Below, piece after piece: positions 1 to 12,325 of a DNA stretch of 64,000 nucleotides. The stretch spans positions 45,322,001-45,386,000 of the forward strand of contig NC_043000.1 in the NCBI RefSeq assembly GCF_006345805.1. The letters run 5' to 3'. The notes beneath the pieces are model-generated. The model ran no database searches and had not been told where the DNA came from. It saw nothing but the letters and a program-made list of their open reading frames with translations. Both the position numbers and the translations under genes were made by a program. The stretch is from Octopus sinensis (lineage: Eukaryota). How positions within the stretch are numbered: the stretch's first letter is position 1; each line of letters starts with the position of its first letter.

Positions 1-905
1 GTAATAGTACATTTACGATCGTTTCTGTTTACCAGTTATAGCGGTAGACATCATCAGAATGCAGAGTCATATGTAGAGGTAAGAAGAGTGAAAGACATAG
101 GGATACATTCGTAACAAGAATAAAGACAAAGAATGGGGAGTCTTACAATATAGTAGATTTCTTAGTTGATAATTCTGCTGCGAAGTGGATATAGGGTGGA
201 GGTTATTTTGATCTGTAGTCCCAAGTTTAAGTAAGCGCTTATTTTCCACGTTTATTTTGGCTAGACTTTTCACTGGCATGGTAAAGAAAAGGGATAACTC
301 TAACTCATAAGGCAAAGGGTGCTAACTCTATCCGGATTACTCAGTCCGGGGTGAGTAAGGTATTTAAGTGTCTTTGGGACTTAAAGTTGTAGGAAGTTCG
401 TAGAAATAGAGGAAACCGTGTGTAGGTGTAAAATAATTTATTATGTGTTGTGTAAAGTGAGTGGGGGTTGGAAGGTGAATATTTGCGTGTAAGTAGTTTA
501 GCTGGTTCCCGGCTAAATGGGATTATTTAGATGAAGAAGCTAGCATAGGATTTGTACTGGGTCAAGCGGGTTTACCAATACCTGGAAAAGACAAAGAAGC
601 TTATATGTAGACAAAAAATACTGTTCTCATATTTTCTATTAAGAAGAGGCGGTTTAGCTGTTTAGAATTTTTAGGCGTTTGGTTAAACAGAGATCGCATC
701 ATCTATTGGTAGAGTTGTTAGAAGTTGTTTTTGCGAGTATGTGCCATTCTAATCTATATTTTTTTTTTGTCAGATGACTAAGAAGTTTGGGACTTCTCGA
801 ATGGTTTTGGAGTGGTAGTTACGATGTTACAGTGTCTCCTCATGTACGATTTCATATGGAGGTCTTATTTTACAAGCCCTAGAAATGATCATTTAACTGA
901 TTCCT
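1..905 (-). mobile_element. Penelope-like retroelement (PLE) 3' remnant: decayed GIY-YIG C-terminus plus terminal repeat
   Basis: Minus-strand translation of ~590-900 gives ...YRLEWHILAKTTSNNSTNR*CDLCLTKRLKILNS, matching the PLE pattern I.W.IL....YN....C.LCL.EKL.I. It is followed by an AT-rich UTR that ends in a hammerhead motif. Confidence 0.75.
8..63 (-). ncRNA. Type I minimal hammerhead ribozyme
   Basis: Minus strand reads UGCAUU-CUGAUGA-UGUCUACC-GCUAUAACU-GGUAAACA-GAAA-C-GAUC-G-UA-AAUGUA. Full core, 7/8-bp stem II, palindromic short stem III, GUA cleavage triplet and 6-bp stem I. Confidence 0.8.
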
Positions 906-1302
906 CGTTCTTGAGCCATCGATTTTGATGGGTTCAACTCAATCGATCTTTCAAGTCCTGTTAAGAAGCGAAGTGTGCATTTTTAGTTACTACGAGGACT
1001 GTGAGGCTTTCTCTGAACATCATGACTTTTCTTCAAACTGGCTACAGCTCTTAAAACAGTAGATTTGGCATACTTTCTGGCTCTAACAATCTCCCCAGCA
1101 CTTTTGCTGGCATGAAATAAATCAACAATTACACTTCCATGGTTTAATTCTTTATCATTCATAGTTTCTTCCTTCTGAAATACAAAATAGGACATGTTAT
1201 TATTCAAGCTGGTAATATTTAAAATTTAAACTCTAACAAAATCTATACAATTAGAAATATACCCATTTGAAATTTGTCTCGATTTACCTATTACACCCTG
1301 TA
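906..1302 (-). mobile_element. Tc1/mariner-superfamily transposon, 5' end with transposase N-terminal HTH fragment
   Basis: Minus strand starts TA-CAGGGTGTAATAGG (TA target plus TIR-like end). ORF 983-1207 (EIVRARKYAKSTVLRAV...RKPHSPRSN*KCTLRFLTGLERSIELNPSKSMA) resembles the N-terminus of maT/rosa-type transposases. Confidence 0.7.
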
Positions 1303-1845
1303 TATATAGTTCTTTATTTATTTATAGATAGAAAAACATAAATTACTAGCAGTATTCAGCACTTGTATGTGTCAACTAATATAAATACAATTACATTAAT
1401 TTTCTATAGTTTGGATAAAATGCTTGAAAAAGTTGCTGATAATCTTTATTCATTCAGGAAACATAGATTTAAGCAGTTTAGAAGATGGTTTAATATGAGT
1501 TTAATAAAAATGGCTACAAATATAAACATATCAATATAAGACTTGAAAGCCATATAAGTGATGTTCTTCTTTTTAGAATAAGATCCCTTCCACCACACCC
1601 AGCAAAGTTTCAGTGACCAAGATGCAAAATTCTGGCCTTCAATTTGGAATACACATGCATACATGCACACATGCAAGCACCCACATTTATATACACATAA
1701 ATAGATATTCACAAGCATGCATTCACTTCAATGAGTAAAGGTATATGTTGATATACATTAATTCCCTTTTACATAGTATGGTACTTGTGTGTGTGTGTGC
1801 TTGCGCACGTGTGCATGTGTGGGTGTGCATATATATATATATATA

Positions 1846-2123
1846 AACAATTGCAGTGTGGAAGGTGTTTGTAAGCCATTTAAAAACACAAAAACTATTA
1901 GATTCCCTTCAACTTTTAAATTTAATTTGCCAAAATATTTTCGTTGCTTTGAGACTGCGACCTGATCACTGACAAAATTCTGTGACAAAATTTGTCAGTG
2001 ATCAGCTCATGGTCTCAAAGCGACGAAAATATTTTGGCAAATTAGATTTAAATGTTGAAGTGAATCTAACGTTTTTGTGTGCTTTTAAATGGCTTAAAAA
2101 CACCTTCCAAAATGCAATTGCTT
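1846..2123. mobile_element. Palindromic fold-back element / MITE
   Basis: Two ~135-bp arms are reverse complements of each other, centred near 1983 (tgatcactgacaaaatt / aatttgtcagtgatca; caattgcagtgtggaaggtg / caccttccaaaatgcaattg). Confidence 0.85.
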
Positions 2124-2726
2124 GGTTTCAGCACACGATCTCAGATCAGGTCACTTGCTATGCAAGTACATCTCTAATATATATATATATATATATATTG
2201 TGTTTAGTAAAGGATATTATACCAATGTAACTAACACAGTTTTTATCAACCACATCCAAGGTTAGAACCACAGAATTAGGAATTAAAATTGTTGAGCACA
2301 CATGCATGCACTCCGTTTATAGCATTCAGGCCCAGATCTTATTAGCTATGCATTTATTTTATAAACCATAAAACTGGACAAAGCTAACACAACTTTGGCT
2401 GTAGTTGAAATCAGAATATAAAGAAATATGACTAAATTCTGCAAGACATTATTGCAGCATTTAGTCATCTTGTTGCTGTATTTAGTCTTAGCAGGGATAT
2501 TCCTTATCGTTTTCCAGATTACTGGGTTAAATAATTTCCAATACTTTTAATAATCAGTACATACCTTGACATTCAGAATTCAAACTTTTAATATAATTTT
2601 GCTTTTTAACCTTCATGTTAGTAAAATAAGTAACAGTTGGGGTTGATGGTAACCAGCTATATTTTCAATCATATGCCAATGTAAAAAAATCAATATCATC
2701 TGTATTTCATCTGGGTGTACCACATA

Positions 2727-3028
2727 GGAGGTGCAATGGCCCAGTGGTTAGGGCAGCGGACTTGTGGTTTCAATTCCCAGACCGGGCGTTGTGTTTTATT
2801 GAGCGAAAACACCTAAAAGCTCCACAATGCTCCAGCAGGGGATGGTGGCGACCCCTGTTGTACTCTTTCACCACAACTTTCTCCCACTCTCTCTTCCTGT
2901 TTCTTGAGTAATGCTGCAATGGACTGGTGTCCCGTCCAGCTGGGGGGAAAACATGCGCCACAGAAACCGGGAAACCAGGCCCATGAGCCTGGCTAGGCTT
3001 GAAAAGGGTAACGTTTATCGTTTATCGT
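2727..3028 (+). mobile_element. tRNA-derived SINE (head Y, tail with gcgatggactgg...gtccag motif)
   Basis: A-box tggcccagtgg and B-box-like tttcaattccc. Shares its head and body with 10258-10518 and 21031-21420. Confidence 0.8.
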
Positions 3029-5345
3029 ACCACATTACTTGATGCATGTAGGTTTGCTTCATTTCATGTATTTGCTCTAGTTGATTTATAGCTAATTTCT
3101 TTTCCCTACCTTCTCTCTGACCCTCTTATTTGTCTATCACTTTCTCTCTCTTATTTCCCATTATATCTTTCCCTCTACTCCTCCCTCCTCTCTCACACAT
3201 CTATTTGCTGTTTGGAGGAACAATCAACCAAACAAAATTTTCCCTTTGTTATGTGTGACATTGTCACTGTTCTTGACAATATTATGCACATATTGACATG
3301 TCGATGTAGTAGGAGATACAACAAGGCTGTGCAGGCACTGTAAAAGAAATATTTGATATACTAACGACTACTATTATTATGAGAGATACTGATAATGCTT
3401 CTATAATGACATCAATGAAATTTTTATTCTCTTCATGAATTACACAGAAAGTCCTCAAACTTCTTGATCAGTTTCTTGGCTACTTATAACATGAAGTTTT
3501 CAGCTTCTTTCAAAATCAAATGAACTCTTTAATAATATTTAGAATATTTACAAGTTTATGTAATTTATTCATCATCTTTCTTTATAATTTAATACTATTT
3601 AATTAATTATTATATATTTTGAAACATTAGAAGAAAATTATATCAGTTAGGTTTCATTCAATACATTTCCTCTTTTCATCCTAAATGATAATAAAACAAA
3701 AATAAGCAAAACGAACTTTTGTTAAAACATTACTATGGTTTTCTAGAATGTTAATCAAAAAAAAAAAAGGGGATTATCAACTATTATGGAAGTAGAAGCA
3801 GCTTATAACTCCTTTTGAAATTTTCATATCTTTCTCATAATGTACATAACAATCACAATTTGATTTTCATTGTTGGAAATTTGAAAATTATTACATTCAA
3901 TTTCCACCTCTTTGTGAAAACCTAATCAAATTAATGTCAACCATTCTTTAATCCAGCTAACTTCATAGAGGAATGATGTATGCCACGTTGGGGTACACAG
4001 TTTGACATATCATAATTGGCTTCCTGCATTACTACATTATCGTTTGGTTGAAGATTTCACAGCAGTTCATTCTTTTATGCATTAACTAGGTGGATGGAAG
4101 TCATTAATTAGTGTTATTGTTTAAGGGAAATTTTCATTCCATTAAAGAAAGGTGTTGATCTGAAGTAATACCTCACTAAAAGCCATGTGTGTACAGATCA
4201 TTTCTGTTTGAGCAGATTTATGATCAAAGACATTCCAACCATAACCACTCGATGATGTTTTTTTACAGGCTTGGTGTACTCTGTATTAAACTACCTAATA
4301 TGTCTTTTTTCTTTTAAAGATGATAGCATATGTTTTAGCTGCTATCTCCAACAAATGGATGATGATGTAGAGTTTCCCTTGTTGAATTCTATGGGTTTTA
4401 AATGCAGGCAGTTACAGAATTGGTCACATTAAGAAATTTGCTTCACATTCACAAGATACCAGTCTAAATCACACTGGATATTAGCTTGACACGCGTCTAT
4501 TACTATAGCCTTGGATCAATTCTGGAATGGTGAGAGAAAGTGTATGAGCAGAAATGATGTGGAAACCTCTTAGATAGAGTAAAGAGTAAAACTGTAATTT
4601 AAAGAGCCATCTTTATCCATACAATGTTAAAATAATTCTGCCTGAGAATTGCATTAGTGGTTTTCAAAAACTAATCACCTATATACACTATAATATAGTG
4701 TGTAGGTAGTTTTGTTAACAAATAGTTGGAGTATGCTTTGTCAAAACCTGGTGTGGTATTCATTTAATATAGATGTAATTATATTTGAATCAATGTACCA
4801 ATTAATTCCATATCTTATAATTTTATCTAGCAGCTGAATGGTTATCAATATGAATGAACATTAGCAAATATTAGTTGATACATAGTGAAGATAAAACGAA
4901 TTACTAAAATAGGGGGAAATTTTTAAAAGACAATTTAATTAAAGAAACAAGCTACATGTAATTTCATACAGGGATAGTTAAGTCAATTAAATAATAAACA
5001 GAAGAGTTTAACTACTAAGGTAAAATAAAGAAATAGTAAGTGTATCATACATTTATCCAGTAAGGATAAAATGTAAAATTCTTCAATGAACATCACATGT
5101 TGAGACATGTAAAATGATGTTGATGATCAGATCACTAAGTTGGTATCACTGAAGTGGTGTGGGGTTTAAAAGCAATACACTCAGTGAAGAATTTAATTTT
5201 TTTTTTTGCTTGTTTTATTTTATTATCACTGCTTCTCTATTTTAATGAACAGTTTCTGATTTCAGTAATTAATTTAGAATTTTACACAAGAAATTTTAGG
5301 AATGTGTATGAGAGAATCAACTAAATAATGATTTCTCGAGGCACA

Positions 5346-5655
5346 TAGCAGGTTATCTATTACAAGTTCACTCTGAATTTGAGCAATTTTGGATCATGTT
5401 GTTAAAAGATGATTAGGGTCAAAAATAATTAACTACATAACTGGTTCCATCCTCAGCACAGTAATCTTGGAAATGTTTCTTCTACTTGACAAGATCTAAA
5501 TAGCAGGTTATCTATTACAAGTTCACTCTGAATTTGAGCAATTTTGGATCATGTTGTTAAAAGATGATTCAGGTCAAAAATAATTAACTACATAACTGGT
5601 TCCATCCTCAGCACAGTAATCTTGGAAATGTTTCTTCTACTTGACAAGATCTAAA
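5346..5655 (+). repeat. 155-bp tandem duplication
   Basis: 5346-5500 and 5501-5655 are near-identical (gattagggtc vs gattcaggtc). Confidence 0.95.
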
Positions 5656-5882
5656 TAGCTTTGGAAGAGAAATTGGGTTGAAAGAATTATTTAAGAAACT
5701 GCATGCAGAAGACTGTATTTGCAGGTAAACCTAATACATTATCTGGTTTACTGAAATAACTTGGTTTTTACATGCTTTTAGAGTTCATTCTGTTAAAAAC
5801 ATTCAGACCAGGTTTGTGGATTGATATATTCCAGCTAGTCCTTTCCACGACCCAGGAGGGATGGTTTCTTTAACCCTTCTAT

Positions 5883-5934
5883 TCATTCACAGTTTTGAAG
5901 CATCCCAATACTTGTAGGCCGTCTCCTTCTACCT
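5883..5934 (-). CDS. Candidate terminal coding exon of an unidentified gene
   Basis: Strong acceptor ctttttctttcttttcaatcag. Reads (R)GRRRRPTSIGMLQNCE* and is phase-compatible with candidate exon 6547-6645. Confidence 0.3.
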
Positions 5935-6546
5935 CTGATTGAAAAGAAAGAAAAAGAGTTAACAATTACATTATAGAGAATAACATCATTAGAAAATTTC
6001 GTATGGCATAGTTTTTAAAATCATACATTGTTTTAAGGTGAAGTAAAGAACCTAAAAGATATAAGAAATATTTTCTCTTAATTAAGATAAGTAAATTTTA
6101 AGTGATGTAGTTTTGTAAAGTAAAATTACATTTCATTATACATATTTTATATCTGAAGATTAAGGAATTTCTTGCAGTTTACTTATACATTTTAAGTTCT
6201 TTTGTCTGAATCAGTTTTCATGTTGCCTTGAAAAAAATATTTCCGTTGTGAAGAATGTGATGAAATGAATGCTTACTATTGATTTTCTTCCTTAGTTTCA
6301 AATATGAATGTACTTCTATTGTAACATAGCGTAGATTTATTTTATTGTATTATTTTGTGTGAGCTATATACAATTGTGGGCTTCTTCTCTCTCCACATAC
6401 ACGGACAGACACACACACATACATGCATTAATGATAGGTTTACTAAGAGGTAGAGCTTTATATGACAAAAAAATTATTGATGTAGACTCAATAGTTTTAA
6501 TTTTGGTAGAGTCAAATTTATTACATGTTTCAGGTTCAAAATTTAC

Positions 6547-6645
6547 CTGTAGGAAGTTATTGAACCAGAGCACTGGAAGAGAAAGTCTTCAATCCCTTTA
6601 CACAAGAAGTAGTCAGGAAAAGAAGCTGCATCTAGCTTATATATC
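6547..6645 (-). CDS. Candidate internal coding exon (99 nt, phase 2-2)
   Basis: Bounded by atacatttctag and CAG|gtaaat. Only one frame is open: IYKLDAASFPDYFLCKGIEDFLFQCSGSITSY. Confidence 0.35.
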
Positions 6646-7223
6646 CTAGAAATGTATAAAGACCAGTACAAAGCCCAAGAAGAGAAAAACACCATGAAAG
6701 AACAAAGCTGGCCTTTAAACCCATCAGAATTATATAATTTTATTTGGCCCCTCTAGTCACTGTTCTGCATGGCAGCATTTTATTGGCAAATGTCCATCCT
6801 AATTTTTTGCATTTTCGTCTGGGGAGTGGTATGGACAGAAGGGTAGTGTAGTGATGATAGAAAGAGTGAAAGAGAGTGGAAGTGAGATGGGGAGGGTGTT
6901 TTTAAAATATACATGGCCATGTATGAGTGTGTAAAAATGCTGGGTTGGAGTACTTGAAATAGGCAAGAGACAGTCCTTACTATTAAGATGGAACTAATCA
7001 GTTGGCTAAAATACATTTCCAATCATGAGAACAAGGACAAAAATTTTACTTTTAGAGTTCAAGAAGGCCTTTTGGGAGAGCAAAATTTTCAGTATAATCA
7101 TTTTCTCTGCTAACCCAAATCTGTACCTACTACTGGTGTTGCAGTAATGTCTTCATGTTTTATAACCATTGTCAGTTGATTATATGCTGTACAGCATTTA
7201 CTTTCTGTAGCCATGTAACTTAC

Positions 7224-7247
7224 CGACATTGTGATGTCATGTATCTC
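7224..7247 (-). other. Candidate 24-nt micro-exon
   Basis: cttttaaaatacag|GAGATACATGACATCACAATGTCG|gtaagt. Length is a multiple of 3. Confidence 0.2.
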
Positions 7248-7299
7248 CTGTATTTTAAAAGAGGACTTGTGATTGTTGAGTCTGTGTTTGAATATATAT

Positions 7300-7465
7300 A
7301 TGAGTCTGTATATACATGTGCAAATACATATATGTGTGTATATGTATGAGTATGTATGCGTATATATGTACCTATATATGTGTGTATGCATATATATATA
7401 TATATGTATGTGTGTGTGCATGCATGTGTATATATATATATATATGTGTGTATTTATATATATAC

Positions 7466-7511
<46 letters not shown>

Positions 7512-7530
7512 TCACATACATACACATAGA
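7300..7530. repeat. (TA)n/(TG)n compound microsatellite
   Basis: Directly visible. Similar arrays lie at ~14790-15000, 18850-19050, 23610-23940 and 40285-40390. Confidence 0.9.
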
Positions 7531-7772
7531 CAGATGGTTAGATATTATATATTAAAATCCAGAAGGAGTGAGATATGGATTTAATTCTGTATGTTTGTAA
7601 GCTGTTTCATAATTCTCTTTCAGTTACTAAACTGAATCTGATTGACTATTACACACTTCCCTTTAGTCTTTCCTGGATTTTCAGATGCAAATGCATGATA
7701 AAGCACATGGTAACTTTATGTACCATGTTACTTAATGGCTACCCACTTGGAATACTTGCTGCAAATACTGTT

Positions 7773-7828
<56 letters not shown>

Positions 7829-7915
7829 CCTCTCTATATATACATACCATTATACATATATATGTGTGTGTGTGTATATATGTGTATATATATATATATG
7901 TATATATATATGTAT

Positions 7916-8089
7916 ATAGGCGCAGGAGTGGCTGTGTGGTAAGTAGCTTGATTACCAACCACATGGTTCCAGGTTCAGTCCCACTGTGTGGCACCTTGGG
8001 CAAGTGTCTTCTACTTTAGCTTCGGGCCGACCAAAGCCTTGTGAGTGGATTTGGTAGACGGAAACTGAAAGAAGCCCGTCGTATATATG

Positions 8090-8159
<70 letters not shown>

Positions 8160-8362
8160 TGTGTGTGTCTGTGTTTGTCCCCCTAGCATTGCTTGACAAC
8201 CGATGCTGGTGTGTTTATGTCCCCGTTACTTAGCGGTTCAGCAAAAGAGACCGATAAAATAAGTACTGGGCTTACAAAAGAATAAGTCCCGGGGTCGAGT
8301 TGCTCGATTAAAGGTGGTGCTCCAGCATGGTTGCGGTCAGATGACTGAAACAAGTGAAAGAG
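7916..8362 (+). mobile_element. Abundant bipartite tRNA-derived SINE (tRNA head + (TA)n(TG)n linker + 3' module)
   Basis: Head ggcgcaggagtggctgtgtggtaag...ggttcagtcccactg, an internal microsatellite, and a 3' module ending gactgaaacaagt. At least 7 similar copies occur in the window. Confidence 0.9.
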
Positions 8363-8370
8363 AGAGAGAA

Positions 8371-8410
<40 letters not shown>

Positions 8411-9406
8411 CCAACAAGTTAATTTCGAATGATGTACATCTGGGAAAACAGCAGAAAGAGAGAAAAAAGTTGCCAGTAGGAGGCTATGGGAATCGAACCT
8501 TTTATCCATCAGATACCAGCTGAATTCTCTCCCATTGAACTAAACAGCCTCTGAAAACAATTACCATCAATTTTAATGGCAAATGATAGCTGTTTGAATG
8601 CAAGAACATTTTATAAGCAATCTCTGGAAGTGTTTATTAAGTTGGTATTTTACAGACAAGAAAGCAAATTTTGAGAGAGAGAGAGAGAGAGAGAGAGAGG
8701 CAGATAGACAGACAGACCGTCAGACAGAAGAGATGTATATATATACACAACACCTAAAACTATCCAGAAGGTACAAATGGAATTGTTATATTATGACTTT
8801 TGTAGGCATATATATCTATCAGAGAACAGTATCAGAGAACAGTATTTAGCCTCATTCCTTTATGTCCCAAGGTTGATTTCCATTATGTTTCACACTTGGC
8901 TGTTCATCATTTGTGAATCAACTGATTCTTCATATTTTGGGGGGTTTTTTCTTCAGTTTTGATAGCCTAGGACCATATTGTAGCATTGCATAAAGTATCA
9001 GTCCAGTTGGCCCTATAAAACTCTCCCTCACAAAACTAAGATATATGCTTTGTCAAAAATCAGTAAAACACGGTGTCAGTGTTATGAACGATTTGGTGTA
9101 CATGTGATATTAATGATAATACACAGCAAAGTGAATGTTTGTCAGTTGGAAATTCAATGAGAAGCAGATATAAGCTTTTAAAAAGCTAAATCAGAATATA
9201 TCTTACAATAATTCTTTTCATTGAAACACCTCTGATGTGAAGCGTTCAGGCAATTTCGATGTTAGATCTTACACAATAATTTGTATTCTGTAGAGTTTTT
9301 ATAATCGAAGGAATCATAAAAGAAATGAAAATCTACAAATGCAAAGAAAAAAAAAACTCATGTGAATTTAAACAGAATTAGCAATCTGTTTGTTTATTTT
9401 CTCAAG

Positions 9407-9450
9407 GGAAAAACATGTCATAGGAAAATATCAAATGAACCACATGCAGT
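9407..9450 (+). other. Candidate 44-nt exon (plus strand)
   Basis: tgtttgtttattttctcaag|...GCAGT|gtaagt. Two frames are open and no homology was recognised. Confidence 0.2.
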
Positions 9451-9504
9451 GTAAGTATTTACCATTTATTTTGATAAAGCTTTCCTTAGCATATATATAA
9501 AAGT

Positions 9505-9711
9505 TATCATCATCATCATCTTCATCGTCATCATCGTTGTCATTATTCTTATTATTTTTGCTGTCATTTCATTATCATCATCATCGTCATCATCATCATT
9601 ATTATGATTATTGGCTAGTAAAAGAAATTATTATTAATAAAGAAATCATTATCATTATTATTGTTGTTATTGTGATTATTATTTTTATTGTTGTTATTAT
9701 TATTATTATTA

Positions 9712-9786
<75 letters not shown>

Positions 9787-9790
9787 TTTA
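9505..9790. repeat. Compound trinucleotide microsatellite (ATC)n-(ATT)n-(AGT)n
   Basis: Directly visible. Produces the poly-H/I/S artefact ORF. Confidence 0.9.
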
Positions 9791-10257
9791 AGTTATAGTA
9801 TTTATCATTTGAAACTTTTGAAATTTCCTTGCTTCTGGTGTTGTCAAATTTTTCATATAATCAGAAAAAATTTCATAAAAAATTCCATTAATAAAATATT
9901 AAAAAAACCTACACATATCTAAAAATAAAAAAAACTTGACTATCATATATAGAACATTTTTTTGAGTTTTCTTTAATTTCTAATGTCAGTTTGCTGTTTG
10001 TTAGAGTTTTTTCATTACTGTTATTATTTTCATATTAATTATTCATTAAATGATATTTATGTATTAAATTCATGTTTTTATACATTAATAATAGTGTACA
10101 TCACAGTCAATAATGATCATATTGCTTACATATTGATCTCATAGAAAGATACAGTTAACTCTTGAAGGCAGGATACCCATATACATTAAATAAAGTATAT
10201 GTAGGATTTACAGTTCTGACTTCAATAACACTGTTAGACTGCTTCACTTTAGATATA

Positions 10258-10518
10258 GTGGAGGCACATGGCCTAGTGGTTAGAGCAGCAGACTTGCAGT
10301 CGAGGGATCACAGGTTGAAATCTCAGACTAGGCGATGTGTGTGTTTATGAGCAAAACACCTAAGCTCCACACTGCTCCGGCAGAAGGTAATGGCAAACTT
10401 CAGCTAACTCTTTTGCCACAACTTTCTCTCACTCTTTCCTCCTGCATCTTGCAGCTCACCTGCGATGGACCAGTGTCCCATCCAGGTGGGGAACCTATAC
10501 GCCAAGGAAACTGGCCTG
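10258..10518 (+). mobile_element. tRNA-derived SINE (head Y family)
   Basis: gtggaggcacatggcctagtggttagagcagc head. Similar to 2727-3028. Confidence 0.8.
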
Positions 10519-10524
10519 TATTTG

Positions 10525-10556
<32 letters not shown>

Positions 10557-10579
10557 CTGTGTGTGTGTATGTATATATG

Positions 10580-10768
10580 TGTGTATCTGTTTCTCCTCCC
10601 CACCATCTGATGTTGGTGTGTTTACACACCTGTGACTTAGCAGTTTAGTAAAAGAGACTGATAGAATAAGTACTAGGCTTGCAAAGAATAAGTCCTGAGG
10701 TCAATTTGTTGGATTAAGACCTTTCAAAGCAGTGCTCCAATTGCAGCCAAAAGAATGAAAGAAAAGTG
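10580..10768 (+). mobile_element. 3' module of the bipartite SINE without its head
   Basis: gactgatagaataagtactaggcttgcaaagaataagtcctgaggtc matches 8200-8362. Confidence 0.75.
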
Positions 10769-11205
10769 CCTAAAGAACAGTCCAAATAATTTTGAATTAC
10801 ACAGTCCTTGGAAATGTAAACAACGTGAAAAAGATAGATTATTAGTAAAACTAAATTTGAGACATTATAAGAAACTTGAAAATTCTTTGTCATGACACCA
10901 AATTTTTAAAACTTTTGAGGAATTACAAGTCGATTATGAACTACTCACATGCAATGTAGCAAGCAATTTATTATGTTATTTTGTCCAATAATTATAGCTT
11001 GTTTAATTTGTGTCTTTTCAAAATTTTGTTAATTTTCAAGCAAGTATATATAATTGCAAACTCTTCATCACCACTCATATATTGCATAGCATCATTTGAC
11101 TTTCTTTTTTATCTTTGTAAACACTCCTTTCATTTTCATAACCTCTGAATGAAGTTTCATATTTTCAAAATCACTTCAAACCTTTGTGATTAGTGAAAAA
11201 TTATT

Positions 11206-11236
<31 letters not shown>

Positions 11237-11238
11237 TT

Positions 11239-11789
11239 GAGTGAGAGAGTAGCTCACATCTTCAAAGTGACACTGGGGTACAAATATACGAAGTTCAATA
11301 TACCCATCATGACGACCCATCTGATAAGGGTACACCAGGCTCATGCATCACGACCATATATGTGCATGATATGGTGATCTCATATTAAAATAAACACTGC
11401 ATGAACTTTTAGGTGGGGTGCAGATCGAATTTTCTTCATGTTGAGTAGCCCATCCCACTGAAAATTCCTTGAATAAGGATTGTTTAAGGATGTTGTACAA
11501 AACACCCTTATTTCAGAAGGTGAATTATTCAAACCCTAAAGAATTCCTCTCAACACATAGCTATGATATTCACCCACTGCTTCTGCCCGTGATTAGAGAT
11601 GCACATATCATCAGCCATGAATAGACATGCTCAACTGGTTAGTTCAAGCAACTGACAAGCAAATCTCTAGTACTGAGCAGAATATTTGCTGTAGCCCGTC
11701 TTTTACACAGACTAAACATGTACATGATAACACTTCCATTAAGTTAAGGTCAGAAGCTATGTGAGTCAATGCCTGGTATTACATCAGGT
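11239..11789. repeat. Unclassified interspersed repeat flanked by (ATT)n tracts
   Basis: Higher-GC block bounded by (ATT)n at 11200-11238 and an ATT-rich tract after 11790. Family not assigned. Confidence 0.4.
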
Positions 11790-11916
11790 TACTATTGCTA
11801 TCATTGTTATTATTACTATTATTATCATTGTCGTTTGATAATCTAAGGAGAGGTTTTTAAAACAGTTTTTTTAAAGAAAGGATAATTACTGTATATTTTA
11901 CACTTCTTTTTACAAA

Positions 11917-12325
11917 ATAGACACATGGCTGTGTGATAAGTAGCTTGCTCACTAACCACATGTTTCCAGGTTCAGTCCCACTGCATGGCACTTTGGGCAA
12001 CTGTCTTCTATAGCCTTGGGCTAACCAAAGCCTTGTGAGAGGGTTTGGTAGACGGAAACTGAAAGAAGCCTGTCTTATATATATATACATATATATATAT
12101 ATGCCTAGGTATGCTTGTGTGCCTGTGTTAGTCTCCCCAACATTGTTTGACAACCAATGCTGGGGTGTTTACATCCTCATAACTGAGTGGTTTAGCAAAA
12201 GAGACCAATAGAATAAGAACGAGGCTTACAAAGACTAAGTCCTAGGGTTGATTACTTGACTAAAGGTGGTGCTCCAGCATGGCCATAGTCAAGTGACTAA
12301 AACAAGTGAAAGAATAAAAGAATAC
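11917..12325 (+). mobile_element. Bipartite SINE copy
   Basis: Collinear with 7916-8362. Confidence 0.85.
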
